Of a stretch of 64,000 bases of DNA, positions 26,452-35,838 are shown in pieces. The position numbers were made by a program, and so were the translations under genes. The notes under the pieces are model-generated. The model was not told the origin of the DNA. It saw only the letters and a list, made by a program, of their open reading frames with translations, and ran no database searches. This stretch comes from Holophagae bacterium (GTDB lineage: Bacteria > Acidobacteriota > Holophagae > Acanthopleuribacterales > Acanthopleuribacteraceae), in assembly GCA_030429565.1 (NCBI GenBank), contig JAUIFE010000004.1:158848-222847 (forward strand). Direction: 5' to 3'. Position 1 is the first letter of the stretch. The number at the start of each line of letters is the position of its first letter.

Positions 26452-26888
26452 AAAACCACCTTCTTTGCCCGGTTTGAGGATGAGTTGGGGTACGCGGATA
26501 TCTCTCAAACGATATCACAGCTCGCCCCTTCGCGAACTTGGACCTTAAGTGAACGGAACGCGGCGGTGCTTCAGCGCCGTCTGCCGGATCGGAATGTGCC
26601 GAAAAAAAGGCGGCGGCTTCGCCACCTAGCCCGGATCTTAAAGGCATATGTCGCACCAACATCCGGCACCCGCATCGCAAACTTTAAGGTCGGAACGCAA
26701 GCGCAGGCGCCGGCTGTTGTTAGAAGGGGCCGTCGAATCAGACCTTTGTCTTGGTGTACGCGGCGCGTTGGCTTTTCTCATCAAAATGACACATTCGGCA
26801 ATTTGCCTGCCCTTGTCAACCGGTGAATTTGATAAAATTCGTTACACGCAAGCGATAGGAATGACGTCGATTGACCCTGGGCAACGGC

Positions 26889-27533
26889 ATGGGAAGGTCA
26901 TCTTTGACACGCTCCAACAAGATAATGGTGGAATCGCAAATTAAAAGTCGCGGTATTAGTGACGAACGGGTGCTGGCGGCCATGTTGGAAGTGCCGCGCG
27001 CCGCCTTTGTGCCGCCCGAGTACCGGCAATTTGCCTATGCCGATTGCCCGCTGCCGATTCCCGCCGGACAAACCATTTCGCAGCCCTACATGGTGGCCGC
27101 CATGAGCGAGTTTCTGCAGCTCGACGGGCAGTCTAAAGTGCTCGAGGTCGGCACCGGATGCGGTTATCAAACCGCCGTGTTGGCCAAGCTGGCCGGCAGC
27201 GTCTACAGCGTTGAAATTCTCGAAGAGCTGTCGCGCGGTGCTCAGGAAGTGTTGCGGTCACTCGGGTTTACCAACATTCAATTCAAGGTTGGCGACGGCT
27301 GGTTTGGTTGGGCAGAGCAGGGACCCTTCGACGCCATTATGGTCACCGCCGCACCCGACCAAATACCGAGCCCGCTGCTGGCGCAGCTCAAGCCCGGCGG
27401 CCGCATGATTATTCCGATCGGTCCGGAAGGCGGCATGCAGTACCTGCACTTGGTCGAGAAGACACGGGAACAAGAGATCGTGCTGCACAACGTGATGGCG
27501 GTGCGTTTCGTTCCTCTAACCGGTGATCATTAA
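26889..27533 (+). CDS. pcm: protein-L-isoaspartate O-methyltransferase
   Basis: motifs GISDERVLAAMLEVPR, TISQPYMVA, VLEVGTGCGYQTAVLA; start ambiguous among TTG 26871, ATG 26889 and ATG 26922. Confidence 0.85.
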   Translation: MGRSSLTRSNKIMVESQIKSRGISDERVLAAMLEVPRAAFVPPEYRQFAYADCPLPIPAGQTISQPYMVAAMSEFLQLDGQSKVLEVGTGCGYQTAVLAKLAGSVYSVEILEELSRGAQEVLRSLGFTNIQFKVGDGWFGWAEQGPFDAIMVTAAPDQIPSPLLAQLKPGGRMIIPIGPEGGMQYLHLVEKTREQEIVLHNVMAVRFVPLTGDH

Positions 27534-27549
27534 CGAAACCGGTGAGGCT

Positions 27550-27915
27550 TCACCAAAGTTCTTGTAGCGAGCGCGCCGCCACATAGGTCCGACTGCGCAG
27601 GGGGCGAACTTCGGTAAAGGCGTCGACCACACCGTCGCGCATGAGGCGATCCACGCCTTCGGCGTCGTAAACAAATCCCTCACAACAGGGCTTGTTGATT
27701 TGGAAGGCGTGTTCGGGATCAAATGACTGGTCACAGTGACGACAAGCGCCGCGTTCACTGTTGACCTCTTGGAGGATATCGACTTCGAAGCTGTGGTTGC
27801 ACTCGTGGCACAACACTTGGGAAGCCTGTTGCGGGATGACGGCGGTTTCGATTTGGTGGTTGTGCTTGCACAGCGGGCAGGTCAAAGTCACGGGATAGAC
27901 ATGTTTTTGAGCCAT
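27550..27915 (-). CDS. Cys-rich zinc-ribbon hypothetical protein
   Basis: 121 aa from MAQKH with GGAGA SD; CPLC...CHEC...CRHC...CC pairs suggest two zinc ribbons. Confidence 0.45.
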   Translation of the reverse strand: MAQKHVYPVTLTCPLCKHNHQIETAVIPQQASQVLCHECNHSFEVDILQEVNSERGACRHCDQSFDPEHAFQINKPCCEGFVYDAEGVDRLMRDGVVDAFTEVRPLRSRTYVAARSLQELW

Positions 27916-28251
27916 CACTTTCTCCGTTGGGACAAAAAGTTTGTCGGTAGTGCCGTTAGGCTGGTCGCTGGAAGGGAGAATGAGGTTTCGCTGGGGCTTG
28001 GGTCGCGTCCCGGCAACGCGATGACCTTTAAAAGAACCGCAACCGCGCTTTGCCGCCCGTCGATACATAGGGGACTCGCCGCCTTGGCGACCCAGGACGC
28101 GGGGGACTTACCGCACAGGTTACAATGATGGTGTAATCTAATTTAACGCCGTGTCTTGAGTTTTCATAATGGCGAACCGACTTTGGTGAGCGGGCGCACG
28201 CTTTTTTCTTTGAACTCTTGCCGTGTGACCGATGCTTCGGTCAAACAACCC

Positions 28252-28746
28252 TTATTCAGGCTTGCACTGATCGCTGTAGGCCGGTGGCATTTCGCCGTCT
28301 TGCGGTGGCTCCTCGTCCAGAAAACCAAGGTGTAAGGCTTCGACAACCTTAAGGCACGTTTCCAGCTCGGCGGCGTCAATGGTTTGCGCGACGGCGGCTA
28401 AATTGGCCGCTTCTCCGGCGCGAATCGCTTCAAAGGCGTCGCGGCCCTTGTCGGTGACCACCAGCAGTTGCGAGCGGCGATGGGCCGGATTCTTTTGTTT
28501 GGTCAGCAGCTCCTCGGCCAAATTATCGTTGACCATACGCTGGACGTACTGACGTCCGGTTCCCATCAGTTCGGCGATACGGGGGACCGAGATGGGGCCG
28601 GCCTCGTAAACCAGCTCTAAAATGGCGCGCATGCCGACCGAGATCCCGGTGTCGGCGAGATTTTTCTCAACCGCGCGACCCAAGTTGCGGTAGAGCGGGC
28701 GAATGAAGCGAATGAGGTCGTAGAGGCGAGCGGGTTCTGCGTGCAT
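28252..28746 (-). CDS. MarR-family transcriptional regulator
   Basis: 164 aa from MHAEP; winged-HTH region (GPISVPRIAELMGTGRQYVQRMVNDL..KQKNPAHRRSQLLVVTDKG). Confidence 0.75.
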   Translation of the reverse strand: MHAEPARLYDLIRFIRPLYRNLGRAVEKNLADTGISVGMRAILELVYEAGPISVPRIAELMGTGRQYVQRMVNDNLAEELLTKQKNPAHRRSQLLVVTDKGRDAFEAIRAGEAANLAAVAQTIDAAELETCLKVVEALHLGFLDEEPPQDGEMPPAYSDQCKPE

Positions 28747-28946
28747 CAGCGTGGTTCCTTTATGGATGGGTTGGGGCCCATTGTAGGGGACCAGGGGCGT
28801 TCCGCCAAGACATTGGCCGGCGCAGGGACGTCGCCGGTTGGGGGAAGAGGGCGTTTGTCGGTCGCAAACGCCGGCGGAGCAGGCCGCGTAAGCCATTTCG
28901 ATGAGGCTCCCACCTCGCGCGCAAACGGGAGCCTCGACAATGGCTG

Positions 28947-29393
28947 TTAAGCAGCGGGGGCGAAAGCTTGGTTGAGTTTCTGCAAGACGTCCAGGGCCTG
29001 GTTAATCGCGTCGCGATTGACTTGCGCCGTCACTGGCTGCAAGTTGCGATTTTCACGCTCGCGAATGCGCTCGAACAAGCTGCGTCCGCCTTCTTCCAAG
29101 GCAAAGGTTTTGGGTTGCTGGGCGGTTTGGCGGATTAAGTTGCGTTCGAACATCGCGGGTGTTGCTTTTTCAAGGCAGGAATCGCTGATGCCGTAAGTTT
29201 CGGCGAGCTGATCGGCGTTGACGGTGCCGAACATGGTTAAACCTTCGAGGATGGCGCGTTGGGTTAGGGTTAAATCAAAGGCTTGCAAGTTTTCGACAAC
29301 GGCCTGACCCAATTGGCGATAGAGCGGATTGATCTGTTGGATCACCTGGTACAAGGCTTCAACGTCAGACGCGGCGCGGTTGGTATTCTTCAT
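28947..29393 (-). CDS. MarR-like transcriptional regulator (paralogue)
   Basis: 148 aa from MKNTNR with AGGAG SD; same overall layout as the adjacent MarR (LYRQLGQAVVENL...LTQRAILEGL). Confidence 0.65.
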   Translation of the reverse strand: MKNTNRAASDVEALYQVIQQINPLYRQLGQAVVENLQAFDLTLTQRAILEGLTMFGTVNADQLAETYGISDSCLEKATPAMFERNLIRQTAQQPKTFALEEGGRSLFERIRERENRNLQPVTAQVNRDAINQALDVLQKLNQAFAPAA

Positions 29394-29578
29394 GGTAATC
29401 TCCTGTTTGTTGGTTTTGACACCTGGGGTGTCAACGAGATTGATAATAGCACCTAAGGTGTCAAAGTGAAGCTTTTTTTTTTCAGAAATCATCCTGCCAC
29501 ACCCTGCCAACGAAAAACGCCGCGTGGTGACCGGAGGGACACGACGCGGCGTTGCGGAAGGGACGTTGCTTGTCGGGA

Positions 29579-30514
29579 TTATGCGGGTTTTTCGATGGGA
29601 AAATACAGTTCGATGATTGGGCTTTCGTCGGTGTCGGCAAAAGGGTCCAGATAGATTTCCATCGGCGGCCGGTTAATCATCCGGTAGGACGATTTGGGTA
29701 GCCAGTGGTAAAGCATATATTCATAAGTCGGCGTCAATTCTAGGAATGGTCCGGTGTGCGGTACCACAATGAACCAGCCGCCGTCGTAGCGCCCTAGACG
29801 CAGAAAGCTGTCCTCTTTGAGGCTGCAATCGCGGGGGACCGTGATGCAAGCGTCGAAGCGGATTTTGTGTTCCGGGGTGATCTCAGGATCGTCGAGACAA
29901 ATCCCCAAGAAGGTGGGTGAAGGTTGGTACAACCCGCGCAAGTGCAGCGCTTTTTGCAAAACGCGCCAAGGCGAGTTTGGTTGCAACGGTTCGGGGCACA
30001 AGGTGTACGCGCCCGACATGCGCATAAACGCCATGGTCAGATCTGGCACCCGCTCGACACGAATCTGATTGGGGTCCATCAGGCGTTTGAGTTCCTCGGG
30101 GAAATCGTCCGGGGTATCGCGCAACTGGTAGCGTTTGCGATACGCCGATGGGTTTAACTTAAACGACTTGCGGAACGCGCGTGTGAAGGTTTCGTGGGTT
30201 TCGTAGCCTGCTTCCAGGGCGATGTCGAGAATCGATTCCTCGCGAGTTTTCAGTTTGTAGGCCGCTTTTTCGAGTCGCAGACGGCGGATATGTGCCTTGA
30301 CGGTTTCGCCGACCAGACGGTTGAAGATGCGGTGAAAATGGAATGGCGAGATGCCGGCGAATTTAGCCAGCTCCTCGAGGTTAAGGTCTTGATCCAAATG
30401 ATTGTGAATGTAGTGGCAGACGTTGCGAATCGTTTGGGTGTGAGAGGGTTCGTCTTCGAACATACTGATCTCGAAAACAGGGGGTTCCGTGTCCTCGAGA
30501 ATGATGTCGACCAT
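29579..30514 (-). CDS. AraC-family regulator with C-terminal GyrI-like effector-binding domain
   Basis: AraC HTH (LEELAKFAGISPFHFHRIFNRLVGETV...IALEAGYETHETFTRAFRKSF) plus a roughly 160-aa C-terminal domain; AGGAGA SD before ATG complement 30512-30514. Confidence 0.8.
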   Translation of the reverse strand: MVDIILEDTEPPVFEISMFEDEPSHTQTIRNVCHYIHNHLDQDLNLEELAKFAGISPFHFHRIFNRLVGETVKAHIRRLRLEKAAYKLKTREESILDIALEAGYETHETFTRAFRKSFKLNPSAYRKRYQLRDTPDDFPEELKRLMDPNQIRVERVPDLTMAFMRMSGAYTLCPEPLQPNSPWRVLQKALHLRGLYQPSPTFLGICLDDPEITPEHKIRFDACITVPRDCSLKEDSFLRLGRYDGGWFIVVPHTGPFLELTPTYEYMLYHWLPKSSYRMINRPPMEIYLDPFADTDESPIIELYFPIEKPA

Positions 30515-31124
30515 GGGGATTCTCCTAACCAATTAATGAAAGTAGGTGGGGAGGGAGTTTCGCGAAAGCCCAAACCTAACCGATTGCGCGATGGTGATGC
30601 ATTCGGTGCCGGGTTGTACGAGAAAGGGCGACGCGAAGTTAATTTGCGGCGTTAAATTAAAAATAAAAGTGGATGAAATAAACCGAAATGCGCTAATAGT
30701 TTGCGCGACTGAGAGGGCGGAATTACTTCTTTTAGTGTACCAGTAATAGGTTGAGAATTATTGCTGAACCTATGAAAAAAGTTCGGATGGCGCCATAAGC
30801 TGAATTTTTGTCACCGAATATCTATTCTGCCTTGCCTTGGGTTGGGTATTTGTGGCTAAAAGGACCGCCTTGCTTCTTATTCCCTGTACCATCATGGCCT
30901 TAAACCGCTTGTGATTCCTGGGAGAGCTCTAAAAAAGAACGACTTTTGCCACGGTTTTCGATGGTTTTTTGACGAGTGAAATTTTAATTTCTTAGGCCGC
31001 TTGATTTTCGTGACGCCTGGGTTCTGTTTGCTCAATGCTACAACTGCAGCCGTTTACTGCGCGTCATTCGCACTTGTTCCTGTTAAGCCCGTTAACTTCT
31101 CGGTGCTGCACCTTTTTATGTCGG

Positions 31125-31166
31125 CGGCCAAAAAAAAGGTGCCGATCCTGGTTGGCTCGGCACCTT
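31125..31166 (-). terminator. rho-independent terminator downstream of the SPFH gene
   Basis: on the minus strand GGTGCCGA-loop-TCGGCACC hairpin followed by T8 (plus-strand A8 at 31133-31140). Confidence 0.5.
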
Positions 31167-31247
31167 GTGACATAGCCCGATGTGTCCTTTTGCCTGGATC
31201 ACGTCTGGGCCGATTGGGTTTTTTGTGGCGTGCGTGCGACTCGCGCC

Positions 31248-32753
31248 TTATTCAGGCGCTTTGATGAGTTTGCCGGTTAGCTCGTCTAACACGGTGCCGT
31301 TACTGAAAACGAAGGTGTTCTGAGCCTGGCTCATAATGGTTTCGACGCTTTCCAGCTCGCGCAAACGCATTAAGGTTGGGTTCTGGGCGTACAAACGCGC
31401 GGTGTTGGCTTGGCTGCGTGCCGAAGCGGTTTCCTCGCGACGACGGATCAGTTCAGCTTCGGCGCGTTTCTTCGCCTCGGTGACTTGGTTCATCAGATTT
31501 TTCATCTCGCCAGGGAGAATGATGTCACGAACACCGGCGGCGACAATTTGTACACCGCGGTCTTCGGCCCACTGCTTTAATTCGTCGGCAACCGCTTCTT
31601 GCAAGGCGCTTTTGTCGGTCAGCAGTGCGTCCAAGGCGCGGCAGCCAACCAAGGCACGCAATGCAAGTTGCGCTTGGCGGTACAGAGCTTGGCTGATGAC
31701 GTCGACACTTTGGACCGCACGCAAAACGTCGACGATGCGGTAGGTCACCAAGAGATTCAAACGCAAACTGACTTTGTCGGTGGTCATAATCTCTTGACCG
31801 TTAAGCTCGAGTGCTTGCTCGCGCATGTCAACGGTTTGGGTTGCGAGTTTACCCAGGCCTTTCCAGTAGACATAACGACCTGGCTGCAACAGTGCTTCGA
31901 TTTCACCGTCGCGGGTTAGGACGACGTGTTCGCCTTTGGCAATATCAACCACTTCCAGCCATTGTTTGGCCTCGGGTAACTGAATCAGGGTTTCGATGTC
32001 GCTTGTTTTGATGGGGTTAGGTGTTGGGGTGATCCGTTCAATGCGGACCGAGCCAACGCTTTTCCAAAAGCCGTAACGACCTGGACCGAGCAATTTGCTC
32101 AGGCAATCGTTGATCCAAACCAGGGCACGTTCGCCGTCCCCCAAGTCAACGGGAACCAGGTTTTCACGAATTTTTGGCTCATCGAGTAATTCGACAGCGG
32201 GGAACAGGTTGTTTTTGTAACAGACCTGTTTCTGCCACTTGCCCGCGCCTTTCCAGAAAACATAACGGCCAGGGTCGAGGACGTCTTGGACCAAACCGTT
32301 GAGGTACATAATGGTTTGTTTGTCGTTATCGCAGCGAGTGACCTCAAACTCTTGGTTTGCATTCGGCAGCGCCAGAATGGATTCCAAATTATCGTGTTCG
32401 AAGGGGTCGCGGTTGACGGAAAGGCGTTCAATGCGAAGGTCGCCGGCCGCCTTCCAGAAGCCGTAACGGCCAGGTGACAGCAAGCATTGCAAACGACCGT
32501 CGATCCAGACTAACGCGCGCTCGCTGTCACAGAGGTCAACGACCTCCAGGTAAGGGGTCAGGAGCGGGTCGGTCAGGAGTGCTTCGTGCTTGCAGAAGTC
32601 AGCCTGGGCCACCGTGGTATCCACCATGGTGAGGGACATTTTGGCGAAAGGATAAAACAAGCGATGGCGGCCGCGTTCGAGAACACGGATGAGATCGCCG
32701 TCGCGGAAGACGAGGGCTAACTGAAAACGTGCAACGGTGATTGACTGAATCAT
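31248..32753 (-). CDS. SPFH/Band-7 (flotillin/YqiK-like) protein with tandemly repeated N-terminal modules
   Basis: start MIQSITVAR (ATG complement 32751-32753, AGGAG SD); four to five roughly 60-aa repeats each containing PGRYxFWK; C-terminal SPFH core plus coiled-coil (EAKKRAEAELIRRREE). Confidence 0.8.
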   Translation of the reverse strand: MIQSITVARFQLALVFRDGDLIRVLERGRHRLFYPFAKMSLTMVDTTVAQADFCKHEALLTDPLLTPYLEVVDLCDSERALVWIDGRLQCLLSPGRYGFWKAAGDLRIERLSVNRDPFEHDNLESILALPNANQEFEVTRCDNDKQTIMYLNGLVQDVLDPGRYVFWKGAGKWQKQVCYKNNLFPAVELLDEPKIRENLVPVDLGDGERALVWINDCLSKLLGPGRYGFWKSVGSVRIERITPTPNPIKTSDIETLIQLPEAKQWLEVVDIAKGEHVVLTRDGEIEALLQPGRYVYWKGLGKLATQTVDMREQALELNGQEIMTTDKVSLRLNLLVTYRIVDVLRAVQSVDVISQALYRQAQLALRALVGCRALDALLTDKSALQEAVADELKQWAEDRGVQIVAAGVRDIILPGEMKNLMNQVTEAKKRAEAELIRRREETASARSQANTARLYAQNPTLMRLRELESVETIMSQAQNTFVFSNGTVLDELTGKLIKAPE

Positions 32754-33244
32754 GGTGTTACTCCTGAGGACTCGCTCGCCACTTGGCAAACGGGTTGAAT
32801 TACTTAAATAGATATGGGGAAGGGATGAAACGCTGATCCATTTCCGGGATCGTCCCACTGGGGTCTCACCCATGCGGGGCAGCCACCGTAACGGGTCGAG
32901 GTCGGCCGGAAACCCTGCCCGTGACACGATGCGCAAGGCGGACCGTGGGCGAGGTGGGTTAAGGTGGCGCGACGCGTCGCCGTGTTGGTTGGCTGCCGCA
33001 AGGCAATTGAAATGTTTTCCGCGGAAAGGCCGCCGGCGGACCGGTTGCGTTTCGGCTCAGATCACAAGGACGCCCGGCCGGCCGGCAAAAACGCGGCATC
33101 GTTTTGGGCCCACCGCGACCGGTCCGTAGCTACGGGTGGTGATTGGTGGGCGCGCCGCGACTTGGCGAATCTGTGTCGGGTCGGACGGCTTGTACCGTTT
33201 CATCCCTATCGAAAATGAGGCGTCATGGACGCCGGGATTAAAAT

Positions 33245-33299
33245 GAAGGAATCGAACCTCCGTCAACAGATGATGTATCTGTTGCTCTACCAAATGAGT
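33245..33299 (-). other. tRNA-like fragment (D-arm, anticodon arm with CAT, T-arm) lacking a pairing acceptor stem
   Basis: minus-strand CTCATTTGGTAGAGC (D-arm), ACAGA-TACATCA-TCTGT (anticodon arm), GGAGGTTCGATTCCTTC (T-arm) with tRNA-like spacing, but the flanking 7-mers cannot pair and position 33 is A. Confidence 0.3.
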
Positions 33300-33664
33300 T
33301 TATGGTGGGGTCAAGATGGGGTAGGTTGTAAATCTACCGCCAGGACACTACCTGGAGCTCTCCTCCTGGGAAAGCGTTTCTTGAGGAATCGTTGAAACTC
33401 AAACGCGACACCAGAACGGAACGGGCCGACAACAAGCACAAAAGCGCGTCGGTACGCCGCATGGCGAGCTCGTCTCGCGACTCGGGGAAGCGTAATAGCA
33501 GCCGGCGTGCCAACACTTTTGCTGAGTTAACTATTTGTTTGTAAATATCTAAAATAAATGAAGTTAATCGGCTGTTTTGGTTGGTGGGGCTTTAAACGTT
33601 TCGATTGATTATTGATCGGGTAATCGAGAGTTTAGATAGGTGTCTAAAAAAGGTAGCCTATTAT

Positions 33665-34933
33665 CTAAATAGTTTTTTGAGGTTTCAAAAGTGTGGCACA
33701 TGCCTCAATACCGCGCTTGCTCTCGACGCCTCCAGCGACGTGATCGTCGCCGACTGGTTTCCGTGCCCAACGACGCCCGCATGTCCACCAGTGGCGGAAG
33801 GGTTCGGCCAAGCTTGGTGGTGGCGCTTGTAGCGGACGCATGTGGCAAAAGGCGGCAAGGTCTTGTCGGAGGGCCGCTACCGACGAATAGCGTTGTTGCG
33901 GTGCTTTGGCCAATGCTTGGAGTGCGATCCAACTGACCTTTTCGTAGAGGCGCGTGTGCCAAGTTTCTGGGTCGGTGCCGCGGTCATGGGCGCGCCGGCG
34001 CCGCTCTTCGTAACGCAAATTCCGCCACAGCAGTCGGGGCGGTAACGGACGGCGTTCGCAAATGTCGCGGTAGATCTGTAGCGGGCCCGCGTTTTTAGGC
34101 CAAGTTAACGGCGGCTCGCCAACCAGCAGTTCGTAAAGCAAAACACCCAGTGCATAAACATCGACACGGCCGTCTTGGGTGTCGCCACCGCCGGCCTGTT
34201 CCGGGCTCATGTAACGCAGCGTGCCTGGGGAGTAAGGGCAGTGGGTCAGGTTATGATCGTTGTTGAGATCTTTGGCGATGCCGAAATCGATGAGTTTGAC
34301 GCGGGCAGCACCGTTTTCCCGGCATACGAGTACGTTGTTGGGTTTGATGTCGCGATGAACGATGCCCTGTTGGTTGGCGTAGGCGACCGCATCACAAACT
34401 TGGTCAAAGAGCGCCAGCCGTTGCGTTAAATCGCAACGATGTTCGTCGCAGTAGCGCGTGATCGCTTGGCCGCGCACCAGCTCCATCACAAAGTAGGGCC
34501 GACCGTTGATCAGACGACCCGCCTCGTGCAAGGCGGCAATGTTGGGGTGATTGAGCCGGCTAAGAAATTGTTGTTCAATCGCAAACCGTTCGCGAATCTC
34601 GGTGTTGCCGGTTGCGAGGGTAAGGATCTTGACGGCCACCTGACGGCCGTCTTCTTCTGATTCGGCCAGGTAGACGGTACCCATGCCGCCTTGGCCTAGC
34701 ACCTCACGGAGTCGGTAGGGACCGATTTGCTCTTCATCAAACCCGCCCTGTTTTTGACCGCCGGCCCATTGCGATAAATCGTCCGTTTCCGTTGCCAGAT
34801 AGTCTTTGAGTTCAGCCGCGAGATCGGGTCGTGTTCCAGCCAGTTGGGCCAGATAGCTCCGGCCCGCCTGTGTATCCATGGTGTCTAGGGTTTCCAGGTG
34901 TTGGTTCAGTTCGCGCCAGCGTTTGACGTCCAT
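33665..34933 (-). CDS. Hanks-type Ser/Thr protein kinase immediately downstream of an ECF sigma factor gene (ECF-associated kinase)
   Basis: start MDVKRWRELNQ with GAGGAGAAGG SD; kinase motifs GQGGMGTVYLA, VAVKIL, HRDIKPNNVLV, DFGIAK, SPEQ; begins 18 nt after the sigma-factor stop. Confidence 0.8.
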   Translation of the reverse strand: MDVKRWRELNQHLETLDTMDTQAGRSYLAQLAGTRPDLAAELKDYLATETDDLSQWAGGQKQGGFDEEQIGPYRLREVLGQGGMGTVYLAESEEDGRQVAVKILTLATGNTEIRERFAIEQQFLSRLNHPNIAALHEAGRLINGRPYFVMELVRGQAITRYCDEHRCDLTQRLALFDQVCDAVAYANQQGIVHRDIKPNNVLVCRENGAARVKLIDFGIAKDLNNDHNLTHCPYSPGTLRYMSPEQAGGGDTQDGRVDVYALGVLLYELLVGEPPLTWPKNAGPLQIYRDICERRPLPPRLLWRNLRYEERRRRAHDRGTDPETWHTRLYEKVSWIALQALAKAPQQRYSSVAALRQDLAAFCHMRPLQAPPPSLAEPFRHWWTCGRRWARKPVGDDHVAGGVESKRGIEACATLLKPQKTI

Positions 34934-34950
34934 AGCCTTCTCCTCGCTGC

Positions 34951-35544
34951 TCAAGCCGGTTGTTGCAAGTTGCGTTTGAGCCACATCTTGGCAATCTTCC
35001 ATTCGCGGCGGACCGTGCGTTCCGATAAATCCAAGACAGCGGCGGTCTCATCGACATTGAGTCCCAAAAAGAAACGCAACTCGACAATGGCGGCCTTGCG
35101 TTCATCCAGACGACGAAATTCATCCAGGCACTGATTGAGGCTGATCAACAAGGTCGGGTCCGGCGTGCCGCTATCGGCCTGTTCATCTTCTTCTAATGGT
35201 TGACGTTGCAGATCCTTACCGCGTTTTAGTGAATCGCGTCGGCGGCTTTCTTGGACCAGGATTTGGCGGATGATCATGCGTGCGGTGTTAAAGAAGTGGG
35301 CACGGCTCTCAAACAGGGCGGGTGGGCTACCCAACAGGCGTGCGTATATCTCGTGAACCAAACCGGTCGGCTGTAAGGTGCGGCCTTGGCCGTGGCGCAG
35401 AAACCAATGGGCGATATTGCGCAACTCGCTGTAGATCAGCGGGAAGAGGTCGTCCAACGCTTCTTTGCGACCCCCGTGCCAGCGATGCAGAAGTTGAGTG
35501 ATGTCAGATCGATCTTCATTTCGTTGGGGTTGACGATTAGGCAT
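34951..35544 (-). CDS. ECF-subfamily RNA polymerase sigma factor (kinase-associated type)
   Basis: ITQLLHRWHGGRKEALDDLFPLIYSELRNIAHWFL is a sigma-2 region typical of the ECF group found with Ser/Thr kinases; sigma-4 HTH near the C-terminus (ETAAVLDLSERTVRREW); start MPNRQ with GGAGG SD. Confidence 0.8.
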   Translation of the reverse strand: MPNRQPQRNEDRSDITQLLHRWHGGRKEALDDLFPLIYSELRNIAHWFLRHGQGRTLQPTGLVHEIYARLLGSPPALFESRAHFFNTARMIIRQILVQESRRRDSLKRGKDLQRQPLEEDEQADSGTPDPTLLISLNQCLDEFRRLDERKAAIVELRFFLGLNVDETAAVLDLSERTVRREWKIAKMWLKRNLQQPA

Positions 35545-35838
35545 GAGGACCTCCGCGACTTGAGATGGTTTTACTCTAACCGTCGCCACTCGGCCCTCCC
35601 AGTTACAGATGTAACGGGTTCGCTCGACTTTTGTCCGCCGTCGTTTCGGGTTTCTCGCCGAATAGACCTTGCCTCTCGGAAGAAGTGAATAATCCGTAGA
35701 GAATGCGTTTTTTATTAATTAGTAGCCCCGCCGCTATTTCGAAAAAATGAAAAAAAAGCCGGCCGGTTTTTCCTTGGTCAGGCCTATTGCCTTGGTGACG
35801 ACCGGATGAGCCGGTTACTTTATTTTCGAGGTATTGCT

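Noticed and set aside
29472-29481. T10 homopolymer (also T10 at 43541-43550 and the G9 at 39672) as contingency loci
   Set aside because: The two T-runs are intergenic and may be only UP-element or terminator-like tracts. Only the intragenic G9 is kept as a finding.
33225-33312. An intact tRNA gene (tRNA-Met/Ile, anticodon CAT) on the minus strand
   Set aside because: The D-, anticodon- and T-arms are present, but the flanking 7-mers (CCACCAT / ATTTTAA) cannot form an acceptor stem, there is no CCA, and position 33 is A. It is kept only as a tRNA-like fragment.
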